A DNA stretch of 52,709 nucleotides from Candidatus Faeciplasma avium (GCA_018713505.1 DVOL01000005.1:1-52709), one strand, 5' to 3'; positions 9,253 through 17,730 are shown, numbered from the stretch's first letter. Notes: a model not told the origin generated them from the sequence alone. Program-made: numbers and translations.

Positions 9253-11319
9253 TTGAAAAAAAGGGGAAAAAGCGGCACGCCGGAGGCAAGGGTCGGGGCA
9301 AAGCCTGACCGTGCTGTCGGCAGGGCGGGAATAATCGCCTCTTCGGTGCTCACCGCTTTACTGATTATTTTAAGCCTTGCCTACAGGCTGGGGCTTCTCG
9401 GAGCCGGGGGTCTGGCGGCGCTTATCTACTCGGGAGCGGCGCTCGTTTTATATATCCCGACGGCTATAATCCTTTGGCGGACGGTAAAAACCGGGCTTTT
9501 GTCGGTAATAAGGCTTAAATTCGGACTTGGCTCGGTAGGAGCAATCGGAGCCGTGCTCGGGACGGCGTTAAGCCTCGTCTTAATGGCGATGGCTTTGCTT
9601 AAAGACCCATCCTACGCCGATTCTATCCTGCTTGACGCTATCGCCGCCTCGATGCTTCTTATAGCTCTCGGGGGATATCTAGACGAAAAAACAGCTCCTG
9701 ACAACTCCGGCGTAAAAAGGCTTAGGGAGCTTATGCCGCCTTATGCCATGACAGTAACCTTGGAGGGCGAAAGGCTTGTCCCCGTCTCGGAGCTTGAAAG
9801 GGGCAGCGTGGTTGTTGTCAGCTCGGGAGAGGTGATTCCCTGCGACGGGGAGATTATCTCGGGCAGGCTGGGAGTCGACAGGTCGATTATCACAGGAGAG
9901 GGACAGCTTGTAGGCTGTGAGACGGGTCAAAGAGTCTATCTTGGCACTCGGGCGGCGTCGGGATACGCAAGAATCAGGGTGGAAGCCGTCGGGGAGGAGT
10001 CCTCGCTGGGCGCTCTTATCAAATCGGCAGAGGAAAAAGGCTCGGGCAAGGCAAGACCCGATTCAGCCTATCTTCGGGCGGATATGCTTATTGCCCTCGG
10101 AATAACTGTGATAGCGGTCGCAGCCTTTATATTCTGGCTATTTAGAGGGGAGACGGTTCTTACCTCCTGGGAGGTTTTAACTCAGGTGCTGGTGCTGTCC
10201 TCACCGTATGCCTTCCTGCTTGCCAGGTCCTCGGCGTATATTTATGCAAAAAGAAAATGCCACAGAGAGGGAATCCTCTTAAAGGACCCCAGGTCCTGCG
10301 ACAAAATGGCGAGGGTGGACACCGTGGTGGTGGACAAGACCGGGACCGTAACCGTCGGCAGACCGTTTGTGACAAGGGTGGTGCCGTTCGGGGTCTCGGC
10401 TGAGGAGCTGGTCATGCTGGCGGCTTCACTGGCGGAGGCGTCGGCTCATCCGATAAGTCAGGCTATTTTGGACTACGCACAAAAAAACGACATCTATCCC
10501 GACAGGTGCGAGGACTGCCGTATAGAGGGCGGCACCAAGCTTCTGGGCACTGTAGGAGAGAGCATAATAGCGGCGTCCCCGCCGGAGGAGATGTATCTCG
10601 GGCAGGGGCAGAACGAGGGCTACATGGCTGTGATAAAGCCGTATATGGAGGACGGCAGGCAGATAATCTCCTTGTCTAAGGACGATGTCCCGATAGGAAT
10701 ACTTATCCTTGCGGACAGGCTCAAGCCGACAAGCCGCACCGCTTTAAGAAGCCTTAGGAGCATGGGAATTAAGACCGTCATGCTCACAGGAGACAGGGAG
10801 CAGGCGGCAAGGGGCCTTTTGGGAGAGAGCGAGCTGAGCGAGCTTATCTCGGAGGTCTCCCCGGAGCAAAAGGGCGGAGTCGTGGCGGGACTTTGCAAAA
10901 GCGGCACCGTCGCCATGGTGGGGGACAGCGTAAACGACATCGCAGCCCTTGCCTCCTCGGATGTGGGAATAGCGATGGGCGCAGGCTCGGTTGCTGTGGT
11001 GGACAGCGCACAGATGGTGCTTCTAAGAAACGACCTGCGTGACATCGCAAAGGCGATACGGCTTTCAAGGACGCTGAGCCAGATAATAAAGGAAAACTTC
11101 TTCTGGTCGGTATTTTACTCGGCAATCATGCTCCCGGTCACGGCGGGACTCGCAGTAGCCCTGGGCAAAGAGCCGGTCCCTTCGGCTGCCGGAATAATCA
11201 GCATGGGACTTTCGTTTATCTCGGTATTTTTAAACAGCTCAAGAATTTTGGCTCATGACCTTACTAAAAAGGAGGAGCCTGCGGAGAAGATAACGGAGTC
11301 TAAGAGCAAGAAGGAATAA
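9253..11319 (+). CDS. P1B-like P-type ATPase with degenerate transmembrane metal site
   Basis: Motifs TGEG (A domain), DKTGT, SAHPISQ (P1B HP motif), MLTGD and GDSVNDIAAL. TM6 reads SSPYAF where P1B pumps carry CPC/SPC. No N-terminal CxxC domain. GGAGG (9241-9245) plus 7 nt favours TTG 9253 over the track start at 9223. Confidence 0.8.
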   Translation: MKKRGKSGTPEARVGAKPDRAVGRAGIIASSVLTALLIILSLAYRLGLLGAGGLAALIYSGAALVLYIPTAIILWRTVKTGLLSVIRLKFGLGSVGAIGAVLGTALSLVLMAMALLKDPSYADSILLDAIAASMLLIALGGYLDEKTAPDNSGVKRLRELMPPYAMTVTLEGERLVPVSELERGSVVVVSSGEVIPCDGEIISGRLGVDRSIITGEGQLVGCETGQRVYLGTRAASGYARIRVEAVGEESSLGALIKSAEEKGSGKARPDSAYLRADMLIALGITVIAVAAFIFWLFRGETVLTSWEVLTQVLVLSSPYAFLLARSSAYIYAKRKCHREGILLKDPRSCDKMARVDTVVVDKTGTVTVGRPFVTRVVPFGVSAEELVMLAASLAEASAHPISQAILDYAQKNDIYPDRCEDCRIEGGTKLLGTVGESIIAASPPEEMYLGQGQNEGYMAVIKPYMEDGRQIISLSKDDVPIGILILADRLKPTSRTALRSLRSMGIKTVMLTGDREQAARGLLGESELSELISEVSPEQKGGVVAGLCKSGTVAMVGDSVNDIAALASSDVGIAMGAGSVAVVDSAQMVLLRNDLRDIAKAIRLSRTLSQIIKENFFWSVFYSAIMLPVTAGLAVALGKEPVPSAAGIISMGLSFISVFLNSSRILAHDLTKKEEPAEKITESKSKKE

Positions 11320-11324
11320 AAAAT

Positions 11325-11372
11325 CCCTGTCATATCCTGGCTGTGCGCTTGGATATGGCAGGGAAGCTTTTT
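11325..11372 (+). terminator. rho-independent terminator after the ATPase gene
   Basis: 13-bp stem ccctgtcatatcc (11325-11337) / ggatatggcaggg (11351-11363) with one G-U pair, followed by aagcttttt. Confidence 0.65.
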
Positions 11373-11378
11373 AAAGGG

Positions 11379-11804
11379 CTATTCCTTTGCGCTGTCATCC
11401 TGTACGGCGGGAGGGGTAATATCAGTCTGAGTATATGCCGCCGGAGTCTGAGACGAATTAGTCTGGGCGCTTTTGACCTCCTGGGCGGCTTGAGCGCCTT
11501 GCTCCGAGAGCCTTGTAGCCATTACAAAGCTGTTCTGTGCGATAATGGAGAGGTTCTTAGCCATGCTGCCGTAGGCGTAAAGAACAAAGCTGGAAATCCA
11601 CGACATAAGACAGCCGAATATGATAACGCCGATTCCAATAAGCATCGGTATCCAGCCTTTGTCGCTTCTGGGACCATCATAGTATCCCGTTGCGACGATT
11701 CCCCCCAGGATAAGAGCGACACCCGAAAGTATGCTCAGAATAAAGCCTATTACCGTAAAAATGACCGCGAGCTTTTGGATTTTGCCTCCGATATTTTTAA
11801 ACAT
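11379..11804 (-). CDS. small membrane protein, unknown function
   Basis: GGAGA SD plus ATG at 11804 (MFKNIGGKIQKL...). Several hydrophobic helices, then a Q/A/T-rich tail. Confidence 0.6.
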   Translation of the reverse strand: MFKNIGGKIQKLAVIFTVIGFILSILSGVALILGGIVATGYYDGPRSDKGWIPMLIGIGVIIFGCLMSWISSFVLYAYGSMAKNLSIIAQNSFVMATRLSEQGAQAAQEVKSAQTNSSQTPAAYTQTDITPPAVQDDSAKE

Positions 11805-11926
11805 AGCTATTTCTCCTTCCTTTAAACCGCTCTGGGCGGTCCTCATAGTATAAGTTTAAAGGATTTTTGTGCAGATGTCAAGCCTTGGAAGCTATAAAAT
11901 AGAAGTAAAGGAGGCTATTGCCATTT

Positions 11927-12820
11927 TTATTCCGTCCTGCCGTCCCTGACTGCGGACTTTTTGATTTTCTCATGGTAAAAGTAATTCACTATCACCGGCG
12001 GAGCGTCAAGCGGGGGAGCTATGCTGTCGTCGTTTTTAAGATAGGTAAGCCCCTCGCTTTTTGCAAGCTCGGCTATAAGCCTGTCAAGGGACTCCCAGTA
12101 GCTCATGTCCCCAAGGCGGTATATACTGTCGTAGAGCGGGACGAGCGAGGGGTATTTTTCCCTGATGTAGGCTAGTATCGCCGCCTTGTAGTCGCCTCTT
12201 AGGTTGAGATTTTCCAGCCAGATGAGATTACAGCAGTCCCTGACCCTCTTTATTATCGCCGGGACATCGGTAATCCCCGGGAAAATCGGGGAGATAAAGC
12301 AGGTTGTTCTTATCCCGGCGGAATGAAGCTCCCTCATTGCGGCAATCCGTTCCTCGATGGCTGAAGCATTGTCCATATCCTGCCTGAAGCCCTCGTCAAG
12401 GGTGTTTATGCTAAAGCCGACCCTTGCGTCCTCAAAGGAGCGAATAAGCTCTATATCCCTTAGGACAAGGCTGGACTTTGTCTGTATGCTGAGCTTTATT
12501 TTGCTCCCTCTTAGCTCCTCGAGAAGCGTTCTGGTGCGAAGATACTCGGCCTCCTGAGGAAGATAGGGGTCTGTCACCGAGCCGAAAAACAGCTCCTTGC
12601 CGTCATATTTTTGAGGAGACCTAATTTTCTGCCATAGCTTGACATCCAAAAAGCTCCCCCACGGCTCGGTGTGACCTGTAAACCGCTTCATGAAGCTGGC
12701 GTAGCAGTATTTACAGCCGTGGGTACAGCCGATATAGGGATTCACCGAGTAGTCTCCCACCGGGAGATTTGATTTTGTGAGGACGCTTTTTACCTCCACC
12801 TCTTTAATGACCGGCTCCAT
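11927..12820 (-). CDS. radical SAM protein, SplB / DNA-photolyase-like (COG1533-type)
   Basis: CxxxCxxC cluster motif in IGCTHGCKYCYA near the N-terminus. Size and layout match spore-photoproduct-lyase-family proteins. The start lies 1 nt after the nitroreductase stop. Confidence 0.8.
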   Translation of the reverse strand: MEPVIKEVEVKSVLTKSNLPVGDYSVNPYIGCTHGCKYCYASFMKRFTGHTEPWGSFLDVKLWQKIRSPQKYDGKELFFGSVTDPYLPQEAEYLRTRTLLEELRGSKIKLSIQTKSSLVLRDIELIRSFEDARVGFSINTLDEGFRQDMDNASAIEERIAAMRELHSAGIRTTCFISPIFPGITDVPAIIKRVRDCCNLIWLENLNLRGDYKAAILAYIREKYPSLVPLYDSIYRLGDMSYWESLDRLIAELAKSEGLTYLKNDDSIAPPLDAPPVIVNYFYHEKIKKSAVRDGRTE

Positions 12821-12821
12821 A

Positions 12822-13448
12822 TCACTTCCACCTTCCGTAATGAAGCTGTTTATCGAGGCAGGCGCCGGCCTGCTCCGGCAGAGCCTCGTCCGGGTCGGCG
12901 TAGCCTATTCCTATGAACGCAGGAATCATGTATGTCTTGGGGACCTTTAGCTTCTCCTTTACAATGTCGTGCTCCTCGTTAAGAGGGATTCTTAACGAGC
13001 AGGCAAGCCCCTCGGCGGCAGAGGCAAGAAGGATGTTCTCTATAACGCACCATATCGTTGAAAAGGTGTTTAGCCTTGAGACATACCTTGCGTCCAGCTC
13101 TTTGCACTTAAACAGCGGAATTACTACATAGGGAGCGTTTTTCAGCATGGTAAACTGCCGTGGCATGGCATAGCCGTACATTTTCTGTGCGAGGGTGACA
13201 GGATACGGTCTCGGTGCGTTCAGGCACTTTTCGGCGTTAAAGCCGTCGGCTGTTTTCTTGGCGTATTCAAAGGCGTACTCCTTTTCCTCCGGCGTGCTGA
13301 GTATTATATAGCTCCAGCTGCGGTTGTGATTCCAGGTGGGAGCCTGGTTTCCGGCTTCTAAAATCCGCCTGACCGCCTCAAAATCAACGCTTTTGTCAAG
13401 AAACTCTCTTACCGTTCTTCTTTTTGCGACTGCTTCATACAGCTCCAT
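12822..13448 (-). CDS. nitroreductase-family protein
   Basis: N-terminal KRRTVREF motif and ~200-aa nitroreductase-fold length. Confidence 0.8.
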   Translation of the reverse strand: MELYEAVAKRRTVREFLDKSVDFEAVRRILEAGNQAPTWNHNRSWSYIILSTPEEKEYAFEYAKKTADGFNAEKCLNAPRPYPVTLAQKMYGYAMPRQFTMLKNAPYVVIPLFKCKELDARYVSRLNTFSTIWCVIENILLASAAEGLACSLRIPLNEEHDIVKEKLKVPKTYMIPAFIGIGYADPDEALPEQAGACLDKQLHYGRWK

Positions 13449-13451
13449 TTT

Positions 13452-13964
13452 TTATTCCTCCTTAGATTCCTGCTTGATAAGCTCTGCAAGATGGCCTGTG
13501 AACTTTTTTGAAAGGCTTAAAAGCTGCTCCTGCTCGCTGGGGGTTAGCATTGACATGGCTTTGTCCTCCGCCCGGGTGATATGCCTTATAGCGTCTCCGA
13601 AAAAGGCTCTTCCAGACTCTGTCATGCAGACCGTCTTGCTCCGCCTGTTTTTCTCCTGCTCGGTGAGGGTGACATATTCGCCGCCCAGAAGGTTTCTTAT
13701 TATCAGATTGACCGTCTGCTTCGACTGAAAGGTTTTCCTGCAGATATCGGTCTGCGTCATGCCGTCCTTGGAGTAGTAAAGGACATTTACCACCAGCAGG
13801 GTTTTCATAAGCATACCGTGACGCTTTGCATACTCGTCGTAGAGGGCAAACTGCTCGTCTCGCAGCTTGCAGTAGATATAGGCGTTTTTCCTGACCTCCT
13901 TGGTTACAGTCCCCGGCAGAAAGACAAAAGCGTCCTTAATTGTATCGGCCACAGAGCGGCTCAC
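13452..13964 (-). CDS. MarR-family transcriptional regulator
   Basis: ~170 aa with a winged-helix region (MTQTDICRKTFQSKQTVNLIIRNLLGGEYVT). First gene of a three-gene unit. Confidence 0.8.
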   Translation of the reverse strand: MSRSVADTIKDAFVFLPGTVTKEVRKNAYIYCKLRDEQFALYDEYAKRHGMLMKTLLVVNVLYYSKDGMTQTDICRKTFQSKQTVNLIIRNLLGGEYVTLTEQEKNRRSKTVCMTESGRAFFGDAIRHITRAEDKAMSMLTPSEQEQLLSLSKKFTGHLAELIKQESKEE

Positions 13965-13986
13965 CTTCCTTGGTAAATTTGTTTAC

Positions 13987-14002
13987 AGTCAATTAATTGA
14001 CT
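13987..14002. promoter_or_regulatory. perfect 16-bp palindrome, probable MarR operator
   Basis: AGTCAATTAATTGACT is its own reverse complement. It lies just downstream of the -10 element of the marR promoter. Confidence 0.5.
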
Positions 14003-14004
14003 TT

Positions 14005-14033
14005 ATTATATCAGAAAAGCTCCGGCTTGCCAA
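14005..14033 (-). promoter_or_regulatory. promoter of the marR-nitroreductase-radical SAM unit
   Basis: The minus strand reads TTGGCA (14028-14033), a 17-nt spacer, then TATAAT (14005-14010). Confidence 0.55.
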
Positions 14034-14080
14034 GACCCGTCCGAAGGCTTTTACGGACCGGGCTTTATGAAAAGCCGGAG
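14012..14080 (-). terminator. possible compound terminator after xylB
   Basis: Outer stem ctccggctt (14020-14028) / aagccggag (14072-14080) with an inner cccgtccg/cggaccggg stem. The minus-strand 3' side reads cttttctg. Confidence 0.35.
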
Positions 14081-14159
14081 AATATTATCCTCTATGAAGT
14101 CGCCCCCAGTCAAACGGCTGACTGCCCGAAGTAAAAACCGAGACGGCAGCTTTTGGCCA

Positions 14160-15683
14160 TTAGATGCTCACAAGCCTCTTGAAGCTAGCCTTGAGAGCGG
14201 GATAAATCTCGGTGTAGAGCCTGTAGCAGTCCTCATACTTGGGGATGTTTTCCTCGATGGGGTTTTGAATCCTGTCGGTCTTTATGACATCACGGCATGC
14301 CTCGGGTACGCTGGAGTAAAGCCCTGCGCCGACTCCTGCCAGTATGGCGACGCCAAGAGCCGGGCCCTCCTTGGAGGATGCGGTCTTGACCGGGCAGGCG
14401 TAAAGGTCTGCAAGCATCTGTCTCCAGAGCGGGCTGGAGCCTCCGCCTCCGCACGCCATCATGTCGGAAACGCTGACCTCCATCTCCTTAAAGACCTCGA
14501 CGCAGTCTCTGAGAGAGTAGGAGACGCCCTCCATGACAGCCCTTAGCATATCCTTTTTCTCGTGCATGGCTGAAAGTCCGAAGAATACGCCCCTTGCGTC
14601 GGGGTCGAGGTGAGGGGTTCTCTCTCCCATAAGATAGGGCAGGTAAAGGAGTCTGTTAGCTCCTATCGGGACGGACTCCGCCTCCTTGTCCATAAGATAG
14701 TAAGCGTCTACTCCCATGAGCTTGGCGGTTTCCTTTTCCGCACCGCAGAAATTGTCCCTAAACCACTTGAGCGACAGTCCTGCGCCCTGGGTGACTCCCA
14801 TTACATGCCAGCAGCCCGGAACAGCCGCACAGCAGGTATGGACTCTGCCCAGCCTGTCTGTAGTCATCTTGGAGGTGTGCGCAAATACTACTCCGGAGGT
14901 CCCTATCGTTGTAAACGCCCTGCCGTCCTCAACGACGCCTGTTCCTACCGCAGCGGCGGCATTGTCTCCGGCTCCGCCTACGACAATCGTTCCCTCGCAA
15001 AGCCCGACCTCCTCGGCTACCTCCTTGGTAAGACCTCCCGTGACCTCGCAGGACTCGTATACCTTGCCAAGCATATGCCTGTCAAGTCCTAGACCGTCTA
15101 TAATCTCGTCCGACCAGTCCCTCTTGGCGACATTGAGAAGCTGCATTCCGGAAGCGTCGGAGACCTCGGTAGCGTACTCGTGGGTGAGAATGAATCTTAT
15201 GTAGTCCTTAGGCAGAAGGATTCTGCGGCAGCGCTCGTAGTTTTCAGGCTCGTTGTTCTTGACCCAGAGAATCTTGGCTGCCGTCCAGCCGGTGAGGGCA
15301 GGGTTGGCGGTTATCTCAATCAGCTTTTCCCTGCCAAGCCTTTTGTTCATCTCGTCGACCTCGTTGGCTGTTCTCTGGTCGCACCAGATTATCGAGGGTC
15401 TTATGACCTCGTTGTCCTTGTCGAGCATGACAAGACCGTGCATCTGTCCCGAAAGTCCGATGCCCTTTACATCCTCCTTCTTAACTCCGCTCTTGGCAAC
15501 GACCTCCTTGATGGTCTTGACGGCGGCGTTTGCCCAGTCGGCGGGGTCCTGCTCGGCGTAGCCGTTTTTGGGCTGGTACATCGGGTACTCGATCGTCCTC
15601 GAGGCGATTACCCTTCCCTCCTCGTCGAACAAAACCGTCTTAGTTCCGCTTGTTCCAATGTCGACTCCTATGATGTAAGCCAT
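14160..15683 (-). CDS. xylB: xylulokinase
   Basis: FGGY kinase with IIGVDIGTSGTK, LSGQMHGLV and IIWCDQRT motifs and the ~500-aa length typical of XylB. Confidence 0.8.
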   Translation of the reverse strand: MAYIIGVDIGTSGTKTVLFDEEGRVIASRTIEYPMYQPKNGYAEQDPADWANAAVKTIKEVVAKSGVKKEDVKGIGLSGQMHGLVMLDKDNEVIRPSIIWCDQRTANEVDEMNKRLGREKLIEITANPALTGWTAAKILWVKNNEPENYERCRRILLPKDYIRFILTHEYATEVSDASGMQLLNVAKRDWSDEIIDGLGLDRHMLGKVYESCEVTGGLTKEVAEEVGLCEGTIVVGGAGDNAAAAVGTGVVEDGRAFTTIGTSGVVFAHTSKMTTDRLGRVHTCCAAVPGCWHVMGVTQGAGLSLKWFRDNFCGAEKETAKLMGVDAYYLMDKEAESVPIGANRLLYLPYLMGERTPHLDPDARGVFFGLSAMHEKKDMLRAVMEGVSYSLRDCVEVFKEMEVSVSDMMACGGGGSSPLWRQMLADLYACPVKTASSKEGPALGVAILAGVGAGLYSSVPEACRDVIKTDRIQNPIEENIPKYEDCYRLYTEIYPALKASFKRLVSI

Positions 15684-15731
15684 GATTATTCCTCCTAAAA
15701 AATTAATTTTCTTTTATAATTACGGTGAGAC

Positions 15732-16334
15732 TCAGCCGCCCTGGGAGTATTTATACATACCCTCGGGGGCGAGGTTTTCTATTATATCCTTAAAGCTCTC
15801 ATCGTCGCACTCGACGCTCTCGCCGGATATCGGATTGTCCTCTGATATTATGTCCCAGAGGGTCTTAGCGTCGGGGTCGTGGCGATATCCGAGACCGTCC
15901 AGTATTTTTTTATAGCTGTCAAGACCCTTTTGGGAGTATATTTCAAGGCGCTGGTATTCTCTCATGTAAAGCTCGTCCCCTGTTATGTGGGAGCCGAAGC
16001 CGAAGCGTATGACGCCGTCCGAGTAGAGTATCCCGGAGTATCGCTTTAGTATGGCGAGAATGACGGGAAGTGTGCAGTTATCAAGATAGTAAAGCTCGAA
16101 ATCCTCCCCGGACGGAACCTCCAGAAAGAAAAACAGAGGCTCGTTAAGGCATTTGACGGCGGCAGGGAAAAGCTTTTGGTAGCTCTTAGAGGAAAGAGCC
16201 AGGACAATCCTGCCCTCCTCAGCCCGGTATGAGCGCTCAACGCCGTCGGTACTGGCGATGTAAACGCCCGGAATAAGCTCAAAATCCGGCAAGCTGTGCC
16301 CTCCTCTCGTGGTATAGTCCAAAAAATCGTACAT
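15732..16334 (-). CDS. hypothetical protein
   Basis: 200-aa ORF with local codon usage and no recognisable motif. It lies immediately upstream of xylB on the same strand. Confidence 0.55.
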   Translation of the reverse strand: MYDFLDYTTRGGHSLPDFELIPGVYIASTDGVERSYRAEEGRIVLALSSKSYQKLFPAAVKCLNEPLFFFLEVPSGEDFELYYLDNCTLPVILAILKRYSGILYSDGVIRFGFGSHITGDELYMREYQRLEIYSQKGLDSYKKILDGLGYRHDPDAKTLWDIISEDNPISGESVECDDESFKDIIENLAPEGMYKYSQGG

Positions 16335-16352
16335 AATATCCCGCCCTGCGGC

Positions 16353-16374
16353 AAAAAAGTCCGAATAATCGGAC
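16353..16374 (-). terminator. short hairpin plus T-run on the minus strand (terminator or attenuator)
   Basis: gtccga-ataa-tcggac (16359-16374). On the minus strand it is followed by tttttt (plus-strand a-run 16353-16358), 19 nt before the ATG at 16334. Confidence 0.4.
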
Positions 16375-16439
16375 AGCCAAGCCGATATAATTAGGATGTA
16401 AGAGGCGATAACGCCTCAAAAGGAAGGGGAGGATACAAA

Positions 16440-16616
16440 ATGCTGGAAATAATCGCCACAAACCTTTTCATCTTCGGCACGATGACCGCAGGTCTTTACA
16501 GGATAAGAGCCGCTCTTCTCATCCTACAGCAGATTAAAGAGGAAAAAAGAAGCTCGTCAAACAATATTATACCAAAAGATAATCCACAATGCAAGAGATT
16601 TGACCGTGCGGGATAA
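16440..16616 (+). CDS. unannotated 58-aa small membrane protein (below the ORF-track cut-off)
   Basis: GGAAGGGGAGGA-N6-ATG. Product MLEIIATNLFIFGTMTAGLYRIRAALLILQQIKEEKRSSSNNIIPKDNPQCKRFDRAG, TAA at 16614-16616. One hydrophobic helix plus a basic tail. ATA/AGG/AGA codon usage matches neighbouring genes. Confidence 0.45.
   Translation: MLEIIATNLFIFGTMTAGLYRIRAALLILQQIKEEKRSSSNNIIPKDNPQCKRFDRAG
16566..16594 (-). promoter_or_regulatory. near-consensus promoter antisense to the micro-ORF
   Basis: The minus strand reads TTGCAT (16589-16594), a 17-nt spacer, then TATAAT (16566-16571). Confidence 0.5.
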
Positions 16617-16800
16617 AATTTTTGTGCAGCCTGACACCGGGGTAAGCCACGCATTGCCGCTTCTCCCGGTGAAGGGGCAGGCTGGGGATGTCCGTAAGCA
16701 CTCGCAGATAAGGAAAAAGCCATAGGATTTTGTAAGCATAAGGACTGTTTTGCCTTAGTTCCAAGAGAGGCTTTAGCTGTGAGCGTTTATCGGCAGAATC

Positions 16801-16845
16801 AGGGGACTGTCGTTCTTAAAGGAGGGCAGTCCTCTTTTATTTTAT
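16801..16845 (+). terminator. rho-independent terminator, plus strand
   Basis: 9-bp stem aggggactg (16801-16809) / cagtcctct (16827-16835) with one G-U pair, followed by tttattttat. Confidence 0.65.
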
Positions 16846-16863
16846 AAAACTCACTGAAAATAG

Positions 16864-16892
16864 TGGAAATCTGATTTAAATTATGCTATAAT
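16864..16892 (+). promoter_or_regulatory. extended -10 promoter for the alpha/beta hydrolase gene
   Basis: TGGAAA (16864-16869), a 17-nt spacer ending with TG at 16884-16885, then TATAAT (16887-16892). Confidence 0.45.
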
Positions 16893-16943
16893 AAATGCCG
16901 TGCCTTGAAGCAGGACATTTTATCATCCGGGAGCTGTTTTTAG

Positions 16944-17714
16944 ATGACTACAACCGTTAGCGGGATAAGTATAGAATACGAAATAAAGGGGGAGGGACCC
17001 TGCGTGCTGTTTCTTCACGGCTGGGGAAGCAGCTACAGGCTGTTTGAGGGGCTTATTGCTGCCGTCTCGAAAAAATATACGGCTCTTGCCTTAGACCTCC
17101 CCGGCTTCGGCGGAAGCGGCGAGCCGCCGGTCCCCTGGAGCGTCGACGATTACTGCAGGTTTGTTTGCGAGTTTCTTTTAAGCCTCGGGCTTTCCCCCGA
17201 GGTCCTTATAGGCCATAGCTTCGGCGGCAGGCTGATGATAAAGCTTCTTGCAGACAATTCTCTTGCAGGCGTTAAGAAGGCGGTGTTTATAGACTCCGCC
17301 GGGATAAAGCCAAAGCCGTCTCTTAAAAGCAGGGCAAGGCTCGCAGTCTATAAGGCGGGGAAGGCTGTTTTGGGGCTTCCTCCGATTAAGGCCTTGTTTC
17401 CCGACGCTCTTGAGAGGCTTAGAAGAAGCCGAGGCTCCGAGGATTACAAAAACGCCTCCCCTGTCATGAGGGGGACGCTTGTAAAGGCAGTCAACGAGGA
17501 TTTAAAGGGGCTTTTGCCTAAGATAGGCGTTCCCTCGCTTCTTATATGGGGGACGCTTGACACAGCCACCCCGATATCCGACGGCGAGCTTTTTGAAAGT
17601 CTCATGCCCGACGCTGGGCTTGTCAGAGTGGAAAACGGCTCTCACTACTCGTTTCTTGACAATCCTGTGCTCTGCACAAGGGCGATATCCTCATTTCTTT
17701 CAATACCGTATTAA
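16944..17714 (+). CDS. alpha/beta hydrolase
   Basis: HGWGSS oxyanion region, GHSFGG nucleophile elbow and a C-terminal His region (NGSHYSF). Confidence 0.8.
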   Translation: MTTTVSGISIEYEIKGEGPCVLFLHGWGSSYRLFEGLIAAVSKKYTALALDLPGFGGSGEPPVPWSVDDYCRFVCEFLLSLGLSPEVLIGHSFGGRLMIKLLADNSLAGVKKAVFIDSAGIKPKPSLKSRARLAVYKAGKAVLGLPPIKALFPDALERLRRSRGSEDYKNASPVMRGTLVKAVNEDLKGLLPKIGVPSLLIWGTLDTATPISDGELFESLMPDAGLVRVENGSHYSFLDNPVLCTRAISSFLSIPY

Positions 17715-17730
17715 AATCTCGCCGGGACGG

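Noticed and set aside
8807-9353. ORFs 8910..9308 (+), 8807..9193 (-) and 9135..9353 (-) in the rlmH-ATPase intergenic region
   Set aside because: No ribosome-binding sites, and the products are R/G/C/F-rich. The region contains a terminator, a promoter and a structured leader instead.
11343-11825. 160-aa plus-strand ORF
   Set aside because: It is antisense to the SD-supported small membrane protein gene and begins inside the ATPase terminator.
14067-15698. Plus-strand ORFs of 159-172 aa
   Set aside because: They are antisense to xylB. The P/S/A-rich products are typical of the reverse frame of a GC-rich gene.
16046-16764. Minus-strand ORFs of 60-102 aa in and around the orphan intergenic region
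   Set aside because: They are overlapping alternative frames with no SD and atypical composition. The only start-context-supported ORF here is the plus-strand 58-codon one.
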